NCBI GenBank assembly: GCA_965242865.1
Contig: CBDETK010000013.1
Coordinates: 4,896,001 to 4,960,000 of the forward strand
Length of the DNA stretch: 64,000 nucleotides
Source of the DNA: Candidatus Latescibacterota bacterium
Lineage (GTDB): Bacteria > Latescibacterota > UBA2968 > UBA8231
Reading direction: 5' to 3'
Both the position numbers and the translations under genes were made by a program. Of the stretch, positions 9,348 through 17,523 are shown in pieces. Every line of letters starts with the position of its first letter. The first letter of the stretch is position 1. The notes beneath the pieces are model-generated. The model saw nothing but the letters and a program-made list of their open reading frames with translations. It was not told the DNA's origin and made no database searches.

Positions 9348-10295
9348 ATGCGGCGATTTGCAATCGCAGGCGTCTTTAGCCTCGCCCTCGTGGGGGCGGC
9401 CAATGCCCAGTTTTTCGATCCGCCGGCCTTAGAGGATCGCAATGGCAGTCAGGGGTTTTGGTTTTACATGCTCGAAGTCCCCGATCCCGGGGGCATCACC
9501 ATCGACGGCCACAGCGAGGACTGGGCTTGGTTTGACCCAGAGTACACCTTGACCATGGACGAGTGGCGCGACGAAGGCGACCGGCCGGCCCCCGACCGCG
9601 ACGACTTGTTCATCACCACCTTCATGGGCTGGAAGGGCGGCGACGACAACCGCTGGTACTGCTTTTTGGAAGCGGTTGACGATGTGCTGGCCCACGCCGG
9701 CACCAATATCGCCCGCTGGGATGGCGACATGCTACAAGTCGGCCTCGATCCGCAGGATCACGGCCGCGAGCGCAGCCCGGCTTCGGGCTACACCATGGAG
9801 TGGCTGATGGCCCCGGGCGACCTCAGCCCGCCGACCAACGTCGCTTTCCGCTACACCGAGCAAGAAGCGTGGGCCGAGTACGGGGAATCGCCGTGGATCG
9901 AAATGGCCGTGCGCGTCGATCCGCCCGAAGCGTGGGCGGCCGACCTGTGGACCGCGGGCGGCACCACGTTCTACGAGTGGAGCGTCAAGGTCCTCGCCTT
10001 CCAAGAGGACGCCGGCCCATCGGCGAGCGAGGAGTGGCAGCTCGACGCGGTCGCCGGCGAAGAGGGGTCGGGCCTGCCTTTCGCCATGTGGTACGAAGAC
10101 GGCGAAGGGCCGGATTCGAGCTTCTCGCCCAATGACGACGGCACCCCAGGCGGTCGCAACGATTGGACTACCCGCGGCCCCGAAGCCTCGTCTCGGCAGT
10201 ACTACTCCATTGCCAAGCTGCTGCAAATGGGCGAGTACACCAGCCCCACCTCGGTTGAAGCCTCGACTTGGGGCAAGATCAAGGACTCGTTTTAA
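9348..10295 (+). CDS. Secreted DOMON/CBM9-like protein with C-terminal TWGKIK tail
   Basis: Signal peptide (ANA-Q); IDGHSEDW...GW...NRWY...VDD...D.LQVGLD pattern resembles CBM9/DOMON; ends PTSVEASTWGKIKDSF; AGGAG RBS. Confidence 0.75.
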   Translation: MRRFAIAGVFSLALVGAANAQFFDPPALEDRNGSQGFWFYMLEVPDPGGITIDGHSEDWAWFDPEYTLTMDEWRDEGDRPAPDRDDLFITTFMGWKGGDDNRWYCFLEAVDDVLAHAGTNIARWDGDMLQVGLDPQDHGRERSPASGYTMEWLMAPGDLSPPTNVAFRYTEQEAWAEYGESPWIEMAVRVDPPEAWAADLWTAGGTTFYEWSVKVLAFQEDAGPSASEEWQLDAVAGEEGSGLPFAMWYEDGEGPDSSFSPNDDGTPGGRNDWTTRGPEASSRQYYSIAKLLQMGEYTSPTSVEASTWGKIKDSF

Positions 10296-10324
10296 GCAAC
10301 AAGCACCGCAGTACGCAAGAATCC

Positions 10325-10364
10325 GTCGGGCCAATTAGAACCTTAATTGGCCTGACTTCTTTTT
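10325..10364 (+). terminator. Intrinsic terminator/attenuator after the TWGKIK-tail gene
   Basis: Stem GTCGGGCCAATTA / TAATTGGCCTGAC with 6-nt loop, followed by TTCTTTTT. Confidence 0.75.
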
Positions 10365-10378
10365 GTAGGGAGTGCATC

Positions 10379-11104
10379 GTGTTCAACCGGCTCTGGGCTT
10401 GGTCCTTTCTGTTGATCCCGCTGGTGGGAGCGGTGGGAGCTTGCGGTCGCTACTTTCACACGCCGCTCGAGCCGGCCAGCCGCCAAGCCGAGGGCATGAC
10501 CATCAACGACGATGGCTCCATCACCTACGCCCTCGACCGCTTGTCGATTGAGCTCAAGCCCATGATGGACGCGGAATTAAACCGCCTAGCTCCCGGGCCA
10601 GACCCGTCCGTCAACCCCTATACCTTTGGCGAGTGGACGGCCCCGGGCGACTCGTGGACGCCGCCGCGCTTTACCGTCTTTCGGCTCAAGGTCAACAACT
10701 ATCAATTTCCCAAGGTCGCGATCGACCCGCTCAACGCGCGCATTACCGCGGCCAACACCCGGCAGTACGAGGCGCTGAGCTACGCCCAATTATACCACTA
10801 CTTTCGCTCGTATTGGCTCGGCCGCACGGGCCAAGGGCGCAAGACCTTTCAGGCCCGCACGGACGCCCTCAAGCGGACGCTGTACAGCGGGGCCTTAGTC
10901 TTTAGCGGCAGCGAGGAACAAGGGTATTTGGTCTTTCCCCGCCTCGCGGACGACGTCCGGGCGATCCAAGTACACCTCAAAGACATCGTCTTGCGCTTTG
11001 ATTATGCCGACGCGCCCGTAGAGGCCATGGACCTGCGCTTCTCCTTTGAGCGCGACACCCTGCAAGGGTACGACCGCTCGACCGCAGTGCGGCTCAACCG
11101 ATGA
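10379..11104 (+). CDS. Hypothetical lipoprotein
   Basis: GTG start after GGGAG; hydrophobic N-terminus with lipobox-like VGAC; stop overlaps the next ATG. Confidence 0.7.
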   Translation: MFNRLWAWSFLLIPLVGAVGACGRYFHTPLEPASRQAEGMTINDDGSITYALDRLSIELKPMMDAELNRLAPGPDPSVNPYTFGEWTAPGDSWTPPRFTVFRLKVNNYQFPKVAIDPLNARITAANTRQYEALSYAQLYHYFRSYWLGRTGQGRKTFQARTDALKRTLYSGALVFSGSEEQGYLVFPRLADDVRAIQVHLKDIVLRFDYADAPVEAMDLRFSFERDTLQGYDRSTAVRLNR

Positions 11105-13089
11105 CCGCCGCCGCGCCCAGCGCCCTCGTCGGCGCGGTCCTAACGGTGCTTGCAGGGCTGACGCCCAGCAGTGCCCAAGTCGAGGTGTGGCACATCGGCA
11201 AGGGGGGGCTTTCGTGGAGCTCGCAGGCCCAAACCCAGATCGGCGCCCTCGACGTCGCTGGCGGCTTACAGCCCGTACAGCTCCAAGCCGGAGAAAACCT
11301 CATCGAGCTGCTCCGCGCTTCGGGCCAACGCTTTCTCAATGGCCAACCCCGCGACTTCACCCTCGGCGGCCAACCCCGGGCGTGGTCCAACGACGGCTTC
11401 TTCAATCAAGTCGCTGGTTCCCTCGACCTAATTGACGGCGATCCAACGACCTCCTCGTCGGGCGTGTTCAAAACCGCGCAAAGCCAAGCCGGGGCGACGT
11501 TCTTCTGGGATTTGGGCGCTCCCTTTCCGGTCAACCGCATTCGCTTCTTTCCCGCGCCCGACGACGACGCCTTTGTCAAAGCCTTTGAGCTGCGGGTCAA
11601 CGACGGCGAATCCTTCAACGACTTCAGCCGGCCGCAATACGAACTCTTGCGGCGAGTAGAAGTCAATCGCCGCTCCACCGTAGATATTGAATTTGCGCCC
11701 TTGCAGGGCCGCTTCCTCCAGCTGCTCGTGCTATCCAAGACGGCGTTCAACATCGCGGAGTTTGAAATCTACGGGCAGGGCTTTGTGCCGGTGGCCCGCT
11801 ACGAGTCCGCGCTGCACTCCTTTGGCGGCCCGGTCAACTACGGCCGCTTGCGCATCCACGCGACCCAGCTCGGAAGCACTCAAGCGGCCACCGCGGCCAT
11901 TCAGCTGCGGACCGGCGCGGACGACAGCCCGCTGGCGTACTTTCGCCGCGACCGCGACACCGGGCGTCAGCAGGAGGTGTCGGCAGCCGAATACAACACC
12001 AACCTGCCGCGGCGCACCCTGTTCCGCCAAGACCCGGTCACCGGCGAGCTATTGGAGGAACTAGACCGGGCCGACTACCTCAACCTGCCGGTCGAGGAGC
12101 AAGGGCCGGTGCGCGATTTCGTCAAAGGCGACATCCGCGACGACGTAGCCAACTGGAGCGCGTGGTCGCCGAGTACGCCCATCGTCGGCACGGGCGCGAT
12201 CGCAGTGCCCATAGCGCTGCCTAGCCCGCGGGAATTCATGCAGTTCCGCATCCTCTTTGACGGCGACGCTGAAAACGCCGTGCGCATCGATACCTTGCAG
12301 GTGGAGTTTTCCCCAGGGCTCGTAGGCGCCGCGGTCGGGGAGGTCGCGCTGGCCGCCGATCCCTTTCCCGCCAGCGGCCTGCTCGAAGTCCAAGGCGGGC
12401 TCGACACGACCTTTACCTACGACATCCGCACCGAGTTCGCGGCCGGCGCGGCCGGATACCGCGGCGTCCGCATCGAGGCGTTTCCACCGCCGGTTTTTGA
12501 GAGCCTGCAAATGGGCGAGCCCCTGTCGGCGGTCGCAGACGTTGAGTGGACGGCCACCGCCCGCGGCTTTGACGTTTTCTTCCCCCCCATCGCCGAGGAC
12601 AACAACCAGCCCCTGCGGATCACCTTTCGCCTGCGGCTTTTGGAGCACAATACTCCGATCCATGCCTACCTCCTCGGCGCGGAGGGCATCCCGCCGCATC
12701 CCGTCGCCCCCGGCAATGCCAGCCAACTCGCCGGCACGGACGCGACCAACGCCTTTGCAACGCAGGCGCGGCCCGAGCTGCAACTCGCCCTTTCAACGGC
12801 CATTATCTCGCCCAATGGGGATGGCCGCAACGACGCCGTCGCGATTGACCTCGTGTTGTCCCAGTTTGCCGCCGCGACCGCCGTGGCCGTAGAGATTTTC
12901 GATCTCAGCGGCCGGCGGGTGCGCCAACTCGTCTCCCAACGCCGACCGGCCGGCTCGTACTCGGAACGCTGGGATGGCCGCGACGAACAAGGCGCGCTGG
13001 TCTGCCCGGGCCTGTACTTGTGCCGCGTGGGCGTGGAGGCCGATTTCGCCGCGTTTGCCGCCATAGAGCCGATCGGGGTGGCTTATTGA
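11101..13089 (+). CDS. Secreted discoidin-like protein with C-terminal FlgD-Ig (SPNGDGRND) domain
   Basis: Signal peptide; WDLGAPFPVNRIRFFP...AEFEIYGQG; WSAWS...PSPREFMQ; C-terminal SPNGDGRND...IFDLSGRRV...WDGRDEQG..V.PGLY. Confidence 0.8.
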   Translation: MTAAAPSALVGAVLTVLAGLTPSSAQVEVWHIGKGGLSWSSQAQTQIGALDVAGGLQPVQLQAGENLIELLRASGQRFLNGQPRDFTLGGQPRAWSNDGFFNQVAGSLDLIDGDPTTSSSGVFKTAQSQAGATFFWDLGAPFPVNRIRFFPAPDDDAFVKAFELRVNDGESFNDFSRPQYELLRRVEVNRRSTVDIEFAPLQGRFLQLLVLSKTAFNIAEFEIYGQGFVPVARYESALHSFGGPVNYGRLRIHATQLGSTQAATAAIQLRTGADDSPLAYFRRDRDTGRQQEVSAAEYNTNLPRRTLFRQDPVTGELLEELDRADYLNLPVEEQGPVRDFVKGDIRDDVANWSAWSPSTPIVGTGAIAVPIALPSPREFMQFRILFDGDAENAVRIDTLQVEFSPGLVGAAVGEVALAADPFPASGLLEVQGGLDTTFTYDIRTEFAAGAAGYRGVRIEAFPPPVFESLQMGEPLSAVADVEWTATARGFDVFFPPIAEDNNQPLRITFRLRLLEHNTPIHAYLLGAEGIPPHPVAPGNASQLAGTDATNAFATQARPELQLALSTAIISPNGDGRNDAVAIDLVLSQFAAATAVAVEIFDLSGRRVRQLVSQRRPAGSYSERWDGRDEQGALVCPGLYLCRVGVEADFAAFAAIEPIGVAY

Positions 13090-13103
13090 CCGCTTTGAGC
13101 AAC

Positions 13104-15143
13104 ATGCGGTGGCTGGTGCTGGTCCTCGCCCTCGGCGGCCCGGTGGCGGCCCAGACGCCCTCGGCTTGGGTCGTAGGGGGCGCGCACGGCGAGCCTTGGG
13201 CCGGGGCCGCAGCGCGCTGGATCGCCCTAGACGACTCCGCCCGCGCCGGGTCGATTCAGCCGCGGGCCATTCCGCACGGCCACTCGGTGACGCGCCAACT
13301 CGTGCGCACCGGCATTGCCACGACCCAGCGCAACCTCTTTGGCTATCGCTGGAGCTTGCACAAGGGGCCGCGCCAGATCGAGGCCGACACCTTGGAGGTC
13401 GGGTGGCATCCGCGCCTGTGGCTGGGGGGCGGAACCAATGCCAACGCCCCCGAGGTCATGCGCGGGCTGGTCGATGGCGATGTGCTGACCGCGGGCTTTA
13501 CCCACCGGGCGCGGGCCGATGGCCGCCCCAACAGCGTGCAGTTCATCACGCTCGACCTCGGCGTGCCCGTGCCGGTGGACAGCATCGCGTTCTTTCCGCC
13601 GCAGACCGGGCTGACCAGCGACAACCAGCGGCAGCGCGAGTTGTTCGCCCGCGCGTACGAAGTCAGCCGCACCAACGTGCCGGTCGAATGGCTGATCTTC
13701 GAGGACGAGACCGCATCGACCGGGTCGGCGGGATACCACCCCCTCGACGAAATTATCGCCAGCACCTTTGCCAACAACACGAGCGTAGTCTCCCTCGCAC
13801 CCGAGCGGCGCTTTACCCGCTTTCTCCGCTTCAAGTTCGGGGAGGTAGCCACCACGACCTTGCTCGCCGAAATCGAGGTCTTTGGCCGCGGCTACCCCCA
13901 AGAGGCCCGCTACATCTCCGCGCCCCATTCTTTTGGCCAAACCGTGAGCTTTGGGCGGGTCTGGTGGAAATTCACCCGCTACCGCCAATTGCCTTCCGGC
14001 GCGATCGCCGCCGATCCCACCGCCCCCGTGCAACTCCACGTGCAGACCCGCGCTGGCTTTGACGACGACCCTAAGACGTACTTCATCTTCGACGACCTCG
14101 GCCGGCTGGTGGAAGTCGATGAGAAGACCTATTTCGGCGCGCCGCGCGTGGTCGAGCGGTTTTCCGAGGGGATCGCCGGCTTCCGGGCCAAGCGCGACGA
14201 CGACGTGGAGAATTGGAACAACTGGTCGGTGGCTTATCAAGCGTCGGGCGACGAGATTCGCTCGTCCGATGGCGCCGAATTTCTCCAGTTTCGCTTTGTC
14301 ATCGCCACTGAAGACCCGCTGGCCTTTGGCGTCCTCGACAGCTTGGCTTTTGAGGTCTCGCCCCTGTTGGCCGCCCGGGCGCTGGCCGAAATCGCCCTCG
14401 ACGAGCGCGCCGCGGCGGGCGGGGTGGTCGAGGTGCCCCTCGGGGTCGTCCAGCGCTTTGCCTATCACATTCGCACGGTGGCCGGCACGAGCGACCGCGC
14501 CGGGTTCGATGGCATCGAGTTAGAGGTTCCGCCGGCCGCGCGCTTCCTCGACCTGACTATCGACGACCAGCCGGCGACCGAGGGCGTGGATTTTTCCCTC
14601 GCCGCCAGCAGCGGGCGGTTGCGCTTCACCTTTCCCGCGCCCTTCCGAGCGGACAAAGCGTTTCGCGTGCGCTTTCAAGGCGCGGTCTTTCAGCCATCGG
14701 TCTTTTTGGCCAGTCGCCTTTTTAATACCACCGCGGCGAGCCTGCCCCAGTCCATTGAGCCCGGCGATGCCCACGCCGACGTGGGCAGCAACAGCATCCA
14801 AGTCGTCTCCAGCGACTCGGCGCTGGGCCTTCTCGGGGCGATTGAGTTGTCGTCCCCGATAGTCACGCCCAACGGCGATGGAACCAACGATCGGGTCGCC
14901 ATTGAATTCGATTTGTTCGGCGTGGCCGGGGGCGCGTTGCGGGTCGAGGTGCGCGATCTGAGCGGTCGGCGCTGCGCCGCGCTCTTGGCCGCGCCGGCCG
15001 TGGCCGGGCCGTACGCGCTGCGGTGGGATGCGCGGGACGAGCGCGGGCAACTGGTGGCCCCAGGGCTGTACCTAATCCGCGTTGAGGTCGAAGTGGATCG
15101 CGGCGCGTTCGCCCGCTTGGTCGCGATCGGCGTTGCGTACTAA
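13104..15143 (+). CDS. Secreted discoidin-like protein with C-terminal FlgD-Ig (TPNGDGTND) domain
   Basis: ATG 13104 with signal peptide; LDLGVPVPVDSIAFFP...AEIEVFGRGYP; WNNWS; TPNGDGTND...DLSGR...WDARDERG..V.PGLY. Confidence 0.8.
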   Translation: MRWLVLVLALGGPVAAQTPSAWVVGGAHGEPWAGAAARWIALDDSARAGSIQPRAIPHGHSVTRQLVRTGIATTQRNLFGYRWSLHKGPRQIEADTLEVGWHPRLWLGGGTNANAPEVMRGLVDGDVLTAGFTHRARADGRPNSVQFITLDLGVPVPVDSIAFFPPQTGLTSDNQRQRELFARAYEVSRTNVPVEWLIFEDETASTGSAGYHPLDEIIASTFANNTSVVSLAPERRFTRFLRFKFGEVATTTLLAEIEVFGRGYPQEARYISAPHSFGQTVSFGRVWWKFTRYRQLPSGAIAADPTAPVQLHVQTRAGFDDDPKTYFIFDDLGRLVEVDEKTYFGAPRVVERFSEGIAGFRAKRDDDVENWNNWSVAYQASGDEIRSSDGAEFLQFRFVIATEDPLAFGVLDSLAFEVSPLLAARALAEIALDERAAAGGVVEVPLGVVQRFAYHIRTVAGTSDRAGFDGIELEVPPAARFLDLTIDDQPATEGVDFSLAASSGRLRFTFPAPFRADKAFRVRFQGAVFQPSVFLASRLFNTTAASLPQSIEPGDAHADVGSNSIQVVSSDSALGLLGAIELSSPIVTPNGDGTNDRVAIEFDLFGVAGGALRVEVRDLSGRRCAALLAAPAVAGPYALRWDARDERGQLVAPGLYLIRVEVEVDRGAFARLVAIGVAY

Positions 15144-15152
15144 GGAGGCTCC

Positions 15153-17510
15153 ATGAAAACACTACCGCCAGCAGTTGCTTTCCTCCTCTTCGCGGCCGCG
15201 GTCAGCGGCCAAACCCTGCGCTTTGCCGGGTCCGATTTTGCGGCGTGGGCCCATCCGCAGGGGCTGGTCGAGGTCTTGCCGCAAGGCATTCAGGTGAAGC
15301 GCTTTGGCAAGCGGTTCAATGCGGTGGCCAATGCCCGGGCGTTTTCCGCCCAAGCCATCGGCGAATACGGGCAGCGCTTTGCGCGTACTCCGTCCAACCA
15401 ACCGCAGGCCGACTGGGCCGGCGACCAAGACCCCAATACTTGGTGGCAGCCGGACCCAAACACCCCGGTGCAATCGTGGTGGCTAGAGCTGGACTTGGGA
15501 CGCGCGGTCGTGGCCGACAAGGTGCGCGTCCTCTTTCCCAATCGCGCCGGGGCCAAGCCCTTTAGCTTTTTTTCCCTGTACGTCAGCCCGGGCATTCCGG
15601 TGTTCGGCGGCCGGGCCAAGCGCATCGTCTATCGCCGAGTGGGCCGGCCCATCAACAACAACACGGCGGAACAGGTCGAGTTCGACCTTGCGACGAGGGG
15701 CCTTGCCCCGGCCACGGGCGAGCATTTGAGCGCGAGCGAGGTCCTCAATTTCGATCTGGTGCGCTTTGTGCGCTTTGAAGCGGCGGGCGCGACGCCCGAT
15801 GCCGCGCTCGCCGAAATAGAGGTCGATGGCATTGGCTTCAACCTCGCCTCCATGGTGCAGACCGAGGATCGCCCCGAGCATTGGGGAGGACGGACGTGGA
15901 CGTCCAAGCACCGCGACTGCGAGGGCTGCGGCAAGGGCAGCGGGGCCGAGGCCCTCATCGACCAAGACGTGGGGTTTCGCGGCTGGAATATCGAGGGATC
16001 AGACAAGGGCAACTGGCGCGATTCCGGCGTCTGGTCCGTGGTCGATTTCGGCAACGTCTTTCGAGTCGATCGCCTCATCTGGCTGCCGATTGTGTCCGGG
16101 CGCGGCCCGTTCCTCTACGGATTCCAGCGCGACAAGCAGGGCAGTTGGCCCCACTTTGATTTCTTCGTCTCCGACGGCACCCCCAGCAATAGGGCCGATC
16201 CGGTCGTCGAAGGCCCCTTTCACTACGAATTGCTGTCCTCGGTGGCCAACGAGGGCCGCTATTTGTTCGACTTTCAGTTTGAGCCGCGCCCGCTGCGGCT
16301 GCTGTTGTGGCGCGTGACCCAGCCGCAGCAGTTCCACCGCGCCGCCCAGCTCTTCGTCTTTCACAGCGAGGGCTATCCCGCGCAAATCGAGCTGGAGTCC
16401 GAGGATATTTTCCTCGGCGGCGCCCGCAGCATGCGCTTTGTCGAATGGGACGCGGACCTGCCCGCGGGAACGCGCATCGAAGTAGAAACCCAAACCGGCA
16501 ATGGCTTCCAGACCGTCCAGCGCTACTTCCTCGCCAATGGCCGAGAGGTGACCAAGCAAGCCTACGAGGCCGCCAAGTCCCGCAACCGCGGCGACATCGT
16601 CGAGGAACAGGTCCGCGACGACACTTGGAGCGCGTATAGCCAGCCCCATCGGTTCTCGAGCCAAGCCTTTCTCTCGCCATCGCCGCGGCAGTGGTTGCGG
16701 GCGCGGGTGCGGCTCATCAGCGACGATCCCGCGGCCTTTCCCACCCTGCGGGCGCTCTCGTTTGTGGCCAACGCGCCGGTCATCACGGCGGGCCTGACCG
16801 GCCGCATCGTCCCCCGCGAAGCCGCCATGGACTCCTTGCAGGCGTTTCGCTACACCATCGCGCCAGTCGCCTTCCGCAGCCAAGACCCCGGGTTCGACCA
16901 CGCCCTCGTTCTGCTCCCGCCCGGCAGCGGCCGAGACGCCGCATTTATCAGCGCGTCCGTAGGGCGAGCAGCGGTCGCGGCCACCGGCTCGTTGCGCGGG
17001 GATTCGCTCTTGGTGGAGCTGCCACCGCCGCTCGTGCGACGGGATTCAGTGGCCATCGCCTTTGCCGCTCGCCTGTCCCACAGCCCCACCGTCTTCAATG
17101 CGTTTGTCTTTAATTCGGCCGCCAGCGACAACCGCCAAGGCGTGGTCCCGGCGGAATTCGGCGCCGATTTGGTCTTTGTGCCCGAAGCGGTCGCCAGCGG
17201 CTCGTTGATCCGCAACGTCGAGCACACTCGCGCCATAACTCCCAACGGCGACGGCGCAAACGACCAATGCGAGCTGCAATTCACCGTCGTCAAGACCGAG
17301 CAAGCGCCGCAGGTACAGGTCCTTACCCTAGATGGCCGGCCCCTAGTCGAGCTAGCGCACCAAGGCTCGCCCGGGCGGCGCGCCCGCTACGTGTGGGACG
17401 GACGGAGCGCTGGCCGCCCGGTGCCGCCCGGCCTCTATGTCCTGCGGATCGCCCTAGCGGCCGACGCCCGCGTCGATCGCGTTTACCGGCTCGTACACGT
17501 TGCTTATTGA
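15153..17510 (+). CDS. Secreted double-discoidin-like protein with C-terminal FlgD-Ig (TPNGDGAND) domain
   Basis: AGGAGG RBS; signal peptide; WWQPD...WWLELDLGRAV and a second VDFG domain; SPSPRQW; TPNGDGAND...WDGR...VPPGLY. Confidence 0.8.
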   Translation: MKTLPPAVAFLLFAAAVSGQTLRFAGSDFAAWAHPQGLVEVLPQGIQVKRFGKRFNAVANARAFSAQAIGEYGQRFARTPSNQPQADWAGDQDPNTWWQPDPNTPVQSWWLELDLGRAVVADKVRVLFPNRAGAKPFSFFSLYVSPGIPVFGGRAKRIVYRRVGRPINNNTAEQVEFDLATRGLAPATGEHLSASEVLNFDLVRFVRFEAAGATPDAALAEIEVDGIGFNLASMVQTEDRPEHWGGRTWTSKHRDCEGCGKGSGAEALIDQDVGFRGWNIEGSDKGNWRDSGVWSVVDFGNVFRVDRLIWLPIVSGRGPFLYGFQRDKQGSWPHFDFFVSDGTPSNRADPVVEGPFHYELLSSVANEGRYLFDFQFEPRPLRLLLWRVTQPQQFHRAAQLFVFHSEGYPAQIELESEDIFLGGARSMRFVEWDADLPAGTRIEVETQTGNGFQTVQRYFLANGREVTKQAYEAAKSRNRGDIVEEQVRDDTWSAYSQPHRFSSQAFLSPSPRQWLRARVRLISDDPAAFPTLRALSFVANAPVITAGLTGRIVPREAAMDSLQAFRYTIAPVAFRSQDPGFDHALVLLPPGSGRDAAFISASVGRAAVAATGSLRGDSLLVELPPPLVRRDSVAIAFAARLSHSPTVFNAFVFNSAASDNRQGVVPAEFGADLVFVPEAVASGSLIRNVEHTRAITPNGDGANDQCELQFTVVKTEQAPQVQVLTLDGRPLVELAHQGSPGRRARYVWDGRSAGRPVPPGLYVLRIALAADARVDRVYRLVHVAY

Positions 17511-17523
17511 GAGGGAATGCGCT

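Noticed and set aside
11101-17510. Flagellar hook-capping (flgD) annotation for the FlgD-Ig proteins
   Set aside because: Only the C-terminal Ig-like domain matches; the proteins have Sec signals and there are no flagellar genes nearby.
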